Positions 5,913 through 11,461 of a stretch of DNA of 11,461 nt are shown here, one piece after another; the stretch's first letter is position 1, and each line of letters begins with the position of its first letter. The DNA is from Bdellovibrionales bacterium (lineage in GTDB: Bacteria; Bdellovibrionota; Bdellovibrionia; Bdellovibrionales; JAMPXM01): NCBI GenBank assembly GCA_043739185.1, contig JAYUEN010000401.1, positions 1 to 11,461 of the forward strand, read 5' to 3'. The notes under the pieces are model-generated. The model made no database searches. It saw only the letters and a program-made list of their open reading frames with translations, and had not been told where the DNA came from. The position numbers and the translations under genes are program-made.

Positions 5913-7868
5913 TTACTTGAGCTCTTCGTATTCTTTCATAATGCTTAGAACAACTTGTGATGGTCCGAGTTCGTAATTGATGAGCCAAAGTCCTTTTACC
6001 ATTACTCCAGCAAATGATTTTTCTTGAATGCGACCCTTATCATCAATTTTGCCAATGAGATAAATCATAGCCCGCTCAATGCTCGGTCGAAATTCAGACG
6101 CTGACTTATGAATTTTTTGATATTCGATCTCATATCTCATCAATGCGAGCAGTGGCCAAACCGTAAGCCCAGCTGAGGATTCTGCTCTTACAAAACTTTT
6201 CGTTTGATAACTGCTGACATCTTCTCCCCAGCCGCCATCAGAGTTTTGATTGGCCACGACCCAAAGAAAGGATGGATATACTTCTTCAAGGCCTGCGCAT
6301 TTACCTAAAAGCAATGCTTCAGACGCAAGACTAGTGGCATAATTATAGTTGACGGCCCAGTCACCAAACCAAAGCGGAGGTGATAACGATTCCGCATTGG
6401 TTTTGATATAGCGACAAGCTTTTTGAATGCTGGCATTTACTTTTTTTGTTTGCACAGCTGATAAAATTCCTGTGCTCAAAATACTTTTGAATTCACGAAT
6501 GAGACGTGCGCTCAAATCGACCTGGCCAATATCAAGCACTGGAGTTGTTCCCAAAAGTGTGCTGATCTCAGCGGTGAACTTTGAGATTTTGCGATCCCAC
6601 GAGGGAAATCCACCATCCCAGTTTTGCATGCCGAGAGTCCAATCAAGTCCTGCATCAAATGATTTTTTAAGATTCATATCTGCGAACTCAGAGCGCTTCA
6701 TTGCTTTTGCCAAAGTCTCAAGCGACAAACCGGTGACATCGGTATCAGGATAATAAGGATTATTCTCTACAAATGACCAACCACCAGGAGATAATTTGGG
6801 AGCAAGATACTTCCAGTCGCCGTCGACTCTTGGTTGCACTTGTAGCATCCAGCCAAGGCCCTTGCGAACGGATTGCAATTCTTCTGCAGTCAATGTCCGG
6901 CCTTTTGCACTATCTAAAATTGCAAGCAAAGAAAGTGGACTATCCCAGCCTTCACTCTGCGACGGGGCAACAAACCAAGTTTGAGAGGCCTCGTCTAAAA
7001 TTCTCCAGCTCAATAAGCCCGACCAAGCCAGCTCAATTTGACTATGAAAGTTGGCCACCCCAAGACTTTGCGCTTCTTGAAAAGCCAAGATACCGAGCAT
7101 GGTTGCGTGAAAGGTATACCAGGGGCCATCGTTTTGCTGATGTGCTAAGATCCATCCCAAGCCTTCTTGCGCCCAGAATTCGGCTCCACCCTCAATTACT
7201 TTTCCAAACTCAGAACCTTTAGAGGCCACACGTGCTGAATCTAATGGTCGCGGATAATAAGCCTTTGCTTTTGCTTTTTGATAAAATTTTAAAACTGCAA
7301 GCGGAACTAAAATCGAGCGGAAAACACCGACATTAAAAATATTAGCCGGTGTATGTTTTGGGACTGCGAAAAAATCGACATTGATTGGGAAGGGTCCCTT
7401 TTTGTATCCGAGAGCATCTAAAAACATTGCGTAAATATCTGCTGTCTTATGCCCCTTCTCTTTTGATCGATACCAATTCCATTCTTTTGAAAATACTGTA
7501 TCAGACTCTGAAATTCCAACTTCCTTCATAGAATATAAAATGAGTTCGGTCACATCAATCGAAGGCGCGCGCCCCGGAGTCATTCCCCAACCGACTTGTC
7601 CTTGCTCCCAAACTTTTAATCTTTGAATCGTCTGAGTCATGAGCTGAGGACTCAATTTACCAGCGCGTTTTGCCAAAACCAAGAACATCGCATCGACGCT
7701 CGGATCGGTTTCGAGCTGGCCCTTCCAGTTCCCTGAAGGATTTTGTTTTGCGATCAACTGCTTAAGCAGCAGCTGTTTTGGTACTTCAAAATTTAGCTTC
7801 GCAAAGGAATTTATTCCCACAAAATGAGTAACAATGGCAATCGTGATGATTAAAAAACTTCTAAGCAA
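5913..7868 (-). CDS. Squalene-hopene cyclase / triterpene cyclase-like protein with N-terminal signal peptide and variant catalytic motif
   Basis: QW repeats (QNPSGNW, QQNDGPW, QNWDGGF, QNSDGGWGE); GDW...PGGWSF..NPYYPDTDVT; WFGDWAVNYNYAT (cf. WxGRWGVNYxYGT). GAGGAG RBS 5 nt before TTG. Confidence 0.9.
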   Translation of the reverse strand: MLRSFLIITIAIVTHFVGINSFAKLNFEVPKQLLLKQLIAKQNPSGNWKGQLETDPSVDAMFLVLAKRAGKLSPQLMTQTIQRLKVWEQGQVGWGMTPGRAPSIDVTELILYSMKEVGISESDTVFSKEWNWYRSKEKGHKTADIYAMFLDALGYKKGPFPINVDFFAVPKHTPANIFNVGVFRSILVPLAVLKFYQKAKAKAYYPRPLDSARVASKGSEFGKVIEGGAEFWAQEGLGWILAHQQNDGPWYTFHATMLGILAFQEAQSLGVANFHSQIELAWSGLLSWRILDEASQTWFVAPSQSEGWDSPLSLLAILDSAKGRTLTAEELQSVRKGLGWMLQVQPRVDGDWKYLAPKLSPGGWSFVENNPYYPDTDVTGLSLETLAKAMKRSEFADMNLKKSFDAGLDWTLGMQNWDGGFPSWDRKISKFTAEISTLLGTTPVLDIGQVDLSARLIREFKSILSTGILSAVQTKKVNASIQKACRYIKTNAESLSPPLWFGDWAVNYNYATSLASEALLLGKCAGLEEVYPSFLWVVANQNSDGGWGEDVSSYQTKSFVRAESSAGLTVWPLLALMRYEIEYQKIHKSASEFRPSIERAMIYLIGKIDDKGRIQEKSFAGVMVKGLWLINYELGPSQVVLSIMKEYEELK

Positions 7869-7907
7869 AAAATCTCCTCAAAACTTACAAATGGTAGCAA
7901 AAAGCTA

Positions 7908-7923
7908 TGAAAGAAATGTGCCA
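7908..7923 (-). promoter_or_regulatory. Candidate sigma-54 (-24/-12) promoter for the cyclase-like gene
   Basis: Minus strand reads TGGCAC-ATTTC-TTTCA versus consensus TGGCAC-N5-TTGCW; the one mismatch is at the -12 G. It lies 39 nt upstream of the start codon. Confidence 0.5.
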
Positions 7924-8029
7924 TGCTAAGAGTTCCTCTAAGCAAACAGAAGTAGCTTTGAATCCTGCTTGCAGCAAACAGAGTGACGAAAAGTGCCCGC
8001 CCCTACCATGAGCATGACATAGTTCGCCT

Positions 8030-10453
8030 CTAAAAGAGATCCTCGCACCTCATAGTTTTCAGCACAAAAACACTCTGCTGTTTGCCACTACCACTCAGGT
8101 TGACCTTGCCATCTAAGTAACGTGAAATCGTTCGCCCCCAAGGAAAGCGTGATACGAAGTTCAGCATCCGATTCGAAATACTTGCGTGAATTCTCATATC
8201 AACAATATGTTCATCGAGCATCGAAAGCGAAATATACTCTTGTACGATATAATTTTTTGGATTTTTGCGAACGGCTTCAAGTACACCTTGATATTCTTCT
8301 GTCGAAACTCGTGGGCCGACGACAACACCCTTTCCTCCGCGCTCATCTACGTGTTTGATTACCCAGTCGTTTTGCGCGCCCTTTACTTTCTCAAATAGTT
8401 TTTCATCTAAGCTATTCGATCCGGTCTCTTTGGCAAACGAGAGCGTTTGAATGTTTTGAAAAATCGGTTCTTCGCCAAGGTAAAATCGAATGAACTTTTC
8501 AACGTAAGAATAAAGCTCTTTGTCGTTTAAGAAATCGACGCCAGGAGAATAATTGCTCGGGACCGTGCCCTTTTCAAGTCCCTCAACCAAACCGGGCAAT
8601 TCTGCAGACTCGACGTCAACCAAAATATCCTGATAAAAACCGGTGTCTTTTGTCCACTTTTCAAACGCTACTGCATCTTTAGGGTATCCAGCTGCAGCGC
8701 TTCGGTTGGCCAGAAATTTTGCCGCTTGCTCTCGCAATTGACGAAGATTTTCGCTGCGATCTTCCGTCGCAAATTTCTCGACTCTTTCGAGCAAAGCCTT
8801 CTTAAAATAGGCCTGATGAGCGGGATCAAGATGTTCATGCTCCATATTCAAATAAATGAATCCCACGGGATCTTCAATTTCGACTCCGCTTGGGCCGACT
8901 ACTTTTATAAAGGCCTTGCCACCGGCAAATCGCAAACGAGATTTGCTTTCTTTATCGAGAACCGTCACCCCAAGGTATTCAAATATTTTTTGCAAACGTT
9001 CTTTTTCGTGATCACCAGAGGTTGATGTTAAATAAGCTACTACTCTTCCACTAGCAGGCACTGCTGCAGCTTTCATTCGTGCTACCGTCTCTCGATAAAA
9101 ATCGAGGGGCTCGTCACTGTTGGTAATGTGTTTTTTATAATCCGGTATAGCTTGAAAGAGAATTTCTTGAGAAGCTATAAGATCAGCCGTACCACCAAGC
9201 ATTCCGATTGAATCCTCTTCAACTCGCCAATTGCCATTTTGATCCCGCGCCAAATCTGGCCCATAGGGAAAAGTAATGGCTTTTGGATTCAATTGAATAT
9301 GCGATTCACCGTGGCGAGCAATGATCGCCTCTACAACTTGCGCAGGGATTATGCCGTCTTTAGCGTAGCGCTTTTCACCTGAGTAGTGATCTTCAAGAAA
9401 TCTAAGCAAGGCCGTTCCTCGCTGAAGAATTCCGGGTCGCAATACATTTTCATATTCATCTTCAGTTAAAAATCGTGGAGCCGGACTAAGTGGATTGTCA
9501 CCTTGAAAGGCCGTGCGTGTTGTTTCGTTTATTTGGTTTCGCTTTTCAGAATCTAAACCTGAAAGAATTGGCTTTATGCGCGCGTAAACTTTAGCAAGGA
9601 CACCTTTGGCCTCAGCCATTTCATCAAATCTTTTATCAGGATCCGCAGGTAGTTGTGGTTTATTTTTTGGCCGACCTTTGAGAGTAAAAACATTAAGAGT
9701 TTGATATTCTCCCAACCAGTCATTCGGCCGCTTCGCGCGTGCAACAAAATCACCGTTGGGCGCTATGGCCAGAACTCTACATTCGATATTTTGTGCGTTG
9801 AAAACGATATCATCAATTGCAATTCCGTTCAGGCTGGGTGCCTTAGATCGCGCTACCTCTGGGGTGATATTGATATAGGTACTTGGGCCCGTCCAATCCT
9901 TGCCATTCCAAGCGCGAACAAAGGCGCGGCCGGCACTGCTCAGACCAAATATCTTTTGCGCTACTTTATTTTTATCGTAAAAAAAGTCACCAATCGAAGT
10001 ATCTTTGTAGGTCTTAAATTCTTGGGTGGGAGCACCCCATGCCGGAATTTTCTTACGCGCTCCAAACCAAGCGGTCCCATTCCAAGGCGCCACCACCAGC
10101 TCGTCCTTGTGAGTGATTGCAATGACTTTATTTTGAGTCCCGTCGGGATCGAAAACTATATCTCCGGTGCTAATTCCGTAAATCGAGGGCATTCGAGTTG
10201 AAGCCGCATTCTCAAGATTAAAATCGAATATTTTGCTTTCATCCCATTGATGGCCGGTCCAATAAATTACTTTAGCCAAGTTATCAGATGGCTTTTCAAT
10301 TACTTTATATGCATTGAGATTCGTATCATATATAACATCCCCAACCCGCACAAAGGGATTCGGAGCTGCGAAGCTCCTGGCACTCGCCACAAGTAATATG
10401 ACTAGAGCTAGTTTGCTAAAATACAATGGGAACTTTTTCTTAGATAGCGACAT
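8030..10453 (-). CDS. Circularly permuted ATP-grasp type 2 (DUF404/DUF407-like) protein with signal peptide and N-terminal tandem repeats
   Basis: Motifs FDEM, PRFL..EY..L..GILQR..AL..FL.D.Y, GPDLARDQNGNWRVEED, PGV...NDKELYSYV...IRFYLGEEPI, VIKHVDERGGKGVVVGP, YIVQEYISLS and VDMR follow the canonical order of this family. The N-terminus KKK...LALVILLVASARSFA is signal-peptide-like. Confidence 0.88.
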   Translation of the reverse strand: MSLSKKKFPLYFSKLALVILLVASARSFAAPNPFVRVGDVIYDTNLNAYKVIEKPSDNLAKVIYWTGHQWDESKIFDFNLENAASTRMPSIYGISTGDIVFDPDGTQNKVIAITHKDELVVAPWNGTAWFGARKKIPAWGAPTQEFKTYKDTSIGDFFYDKNKVAQKIFGLSSAGRAFVRAWNGKDWTGPSTYINITPEVARSKAPSLNGIAIDDIVFNAQNIECRVLAIAPNGDFVARAKRPNDWLGEYQTLNVFTLKGRPKNKPQLPADPDKRFDEMAEAKGVLAKVYARIKPILSGLDSEKRNQINETTRTAFQGDNPLSPAPRFLTEDEYENVLRPGILQRGTALLRFLEDHYSGEKRYAKDGIIPAQVVEAIIARHGESHIQLNPKAITFPYGPDLARDQNGNWRVEEDSIGMLGGTADLIASQEILFQAIPDYKKHITNSDEPLDFYRETVARMKAAAVPASGRVVAYLTSTSGDHEKERLQKIFEYLGVTVLDKESKSRLRFAGGKAFIKVVGPSGVEIEDPVGFIYLNMEHEHLDPAHQAYFKKALLERVEKFATEDRSENLRQLREQAAKFLANRSAAAGYPKDAVAFEKWTKDTGFYQDILVDVESAELPGLVEGLEKGTVPSNYSPGVDFLNDKELYSYVEKFIRFYLGEEPIFQNIQTLSFAKETGSNSLDEKLFEKVKGAQNDWVIKHVDERGGKGVVVGPRVSTEEYQGVLEAVRKNPKNYIVQEYISLSMLDEHIVDMRIHASISNRMLNFVSRFPWGRTISRYLDGKVNLSGSGKQQSVFVLKTMRCEDLF
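9668..10351 (-). repeat. Four protein-level tandem repeats (~58-59 aa) in the ATP-grasp N-terminal region
   Basis: GD/DD anchors at residues 38, 97, 155 and 214 (periods 59, 58, 59), with shared pattern GDxx[YF]Dxxxxxx[KR][VI]xxx...W[NT]GxxW. Confidence 0.85.
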
Positions 10454-10515
10454 GAGCCCACGAACTTTCTAATGAAATCATCGGAGTAAAAAACTTTTGT
10501 GAACGCAGTGCTTAG

Positions 10516-10531
10516 AGCAAGCCATATGCCA
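10516..10531 (-). promoter_or_regulatory. Sigma-54 (-24/-12) promoter for the ATP-grasp gene
   Basis: Minus strand reads TGGCAT-ATGGC-TTGCT with exact GG-N10-GC spacing, 62 nt upstream of the ATG at 10453. Confidence 0.7.
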
Positions 10532-10579
10532 GCACGAAGTCGTTTCAACTTGTTTAGAGCTTAGAAATACCAAGTTCGA

Positions 10580-10600
10580 AGCGTCTAATTTTTTGACGCT
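10580..10600. promoter_or_regulatory. Palindrome, candidate enhancer-binding-protein site
   Basis: AGCGTC-TAATTTTTT-GACGCT, starting ~50 nt upstream of the -24 element. A related CGTC-N6-GACG lies at 10648-10661. Confidence 0.4.
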
Positions 10601-10667
10601 GATGCCATTTGAGGGACTGCTCAAGAAAACGCACCAAAAAAAATGCCCGTCATTTTCGACGTTTGGC

Positions 10668-10698
10668 GCGCTGAATTACGAAATGTTAGCAGGCACCT
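10668..10698 (-). repeat. Extragenic repeat, singlet copy 4
   Basis: Reverse complement is AGGTGCCTGCTAACATTTCGTAATTCAGCGC. It shares ATTTCGTAATTCAGCGC with the doublet arms and is 26/27 identical to copy 1. Confidence 0.9.
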
Positions 10699-10840
10699 TC
10701 CGTGCCCTCCCTGGACCTATGACCTGTTCCAAGGCCATGGGTGGCCTTTGGTCTTGCAAGTTTGCCGAGCTCTCATAATGCTTAAGTCTAGCACGAAATA
10801 GCCTCTGAAACGGACTTCAGACTAAACTCAAGGAGATGAG

Positions 10841-11461
10841 ATGATCAGAAAATTAAATGGATTCATAGTCGGCGCGATTTTTTTGCTTTCAGCTAGCCAA
10901 GCATTTTCATGGGGAGCCACTGGCCACCAGATAGTTGCAGGTGCTGGTGCTTCGCTTTCGGGAGTGGCCTTTTGGACCAATAATGTTCAAGGCATCGAGC
11001 AACTCTCAACTGTTCCCGACCGTGTGTGGAAAGCCACTAGCTATCAACTTGAATCTATGAACCATTGGTTTCAAGGCGATGCCTATACCAATGTATTGGG
11101 CAAGGGATCGCTCTCGCAGTTTCCGCGTTCATATCAAGAATCTATTCGAAAATATGGCGAAGCCGTTATTTTAAAAAATGGCGTTTCACCCTGGAGAATT
11201 CAGCAGTTTTACTCTCTAGCTCTCGCAGCATTAAAAAAAGGTGATGCTCAAAGTGCCATGATTTATGTTGGCGTGATGTCTCATTATATCGGAGATCTTT
11301 CGCAACCCCTTCATGATACGGTAAACTACGACGGCCAACTCTCAGGACAAAAAGGAATTCATAAATACTTTGAAACCGATAATATTCAAGATATGCAGAC
11401 TATCGGAAGACAAGTTCAAGCTGAAGCTTCGGCGATCTTACAAAATCCCTCGAACCTAAAT
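10841..11461 (+). CDS. Exported S1/P1 nuclease / zinc-dependent phospholipase C family protein; runs off the window end
   Basis: Not in the ORF track; translated by hand from ATG 10841 (AAGGAG RBS). Signal peptide ends SQAFS, mature N-terminus is WGATGH, followed by PDRVW, HWF, SHYIGDLSQPLH and GIHKYFE (tri-zinc ligand motifs). Open to the end of the window. Confidence 0.92.
   Translation, partial: MIRKLNGFIVGAIFLLSASQAFSWGATGHQIVAGAGASLSGVAFWTNNVQGIEQLSTVPDRVWKATSYQLESMNHWFQGDAYTNVLGKGSLSQFPRSYQESIRKYGEAVILKNGVSPWRIQQFYSLALAALKKGDAQSAMIYVGVMSHYIGDLSQPLHDTVNYDGQLSGQKGIHKYFETDNIQDMQTIGRQVQAEASAILQNPSNLN

Noticed and set aside
1342..10201. Short overlapping ORFs from the track (1342-1548, 1684-1908, 2360-2593, 2447-2656, 3596-3820, 3781-4023, 5280-5486, 6427-6753, 6773-7222, 6796-6984, 8122-8358, 8186-8398, 8726-9025, 9653-10201)
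   Set aside because: All lie essentially within longer, better supported genes in another frame or strand and show no recognisable motifs.
2132..10698. Repeat copies interpreted as a CRISPR array
   Set aside because: Copies are kilobases apart or inverted, not direct repeats with regular spacers, and there are no cas genes.
10742..10758. TGGCCTTTGGTCTTGCA as a sigma-54 promoter for the nuclease gene
   Set aside because: GG-to-GC spacing is 11 nt rather than the required 10.
10593..10778. 61-aa ORF in the divergent intergenic region
   Set aside because: TTG start without an RBS; it runs through the repeat copy and promoter region and has no protein-like features.

Overview
Bacterial chromosomal window, gene-dense, with no rRNA, tRNA, CRISPR array or transposase recognised. 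Many export-signal-bearing proteins and sigma-54-type promoters suggest a Bdellovibrionota-like predator, but this is inference only. At the left end (minus strand) is a metal (probably Zn) uptake operon: a His-containing, RAPP-ending leader ORF, an outer-membrane beta-barrel with His motifs, and a ZnuA/TroA-like binding protein (truncated). The middle holds a small Cys-rich exported protein, a GNAT acetyltransferase, an exported Cys-rich hypothetical protein and a RoxA-like di-heme cytochrome c. Then come two normally cytoplasmic enzyme folds, each with an apparent signal peptide, an altered catalytic motif and its own sigma-54-like promoter: a squalene-hopene-cyclase-like protein (DTDVT instead of DxDDT) and a circularly permuted ATP-grasp protein with four ~59-aa N-terminal repeats. 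The right end is an exported S1/P1 nuclease / Zn-phospholipase C family gene (truncated). A ~27-33 bp extragenic repeat occurs four times: as a perfect 33-bp inverted doublet at 4124-4217 and as two inverted singlets that bracket ~8.5 kb.
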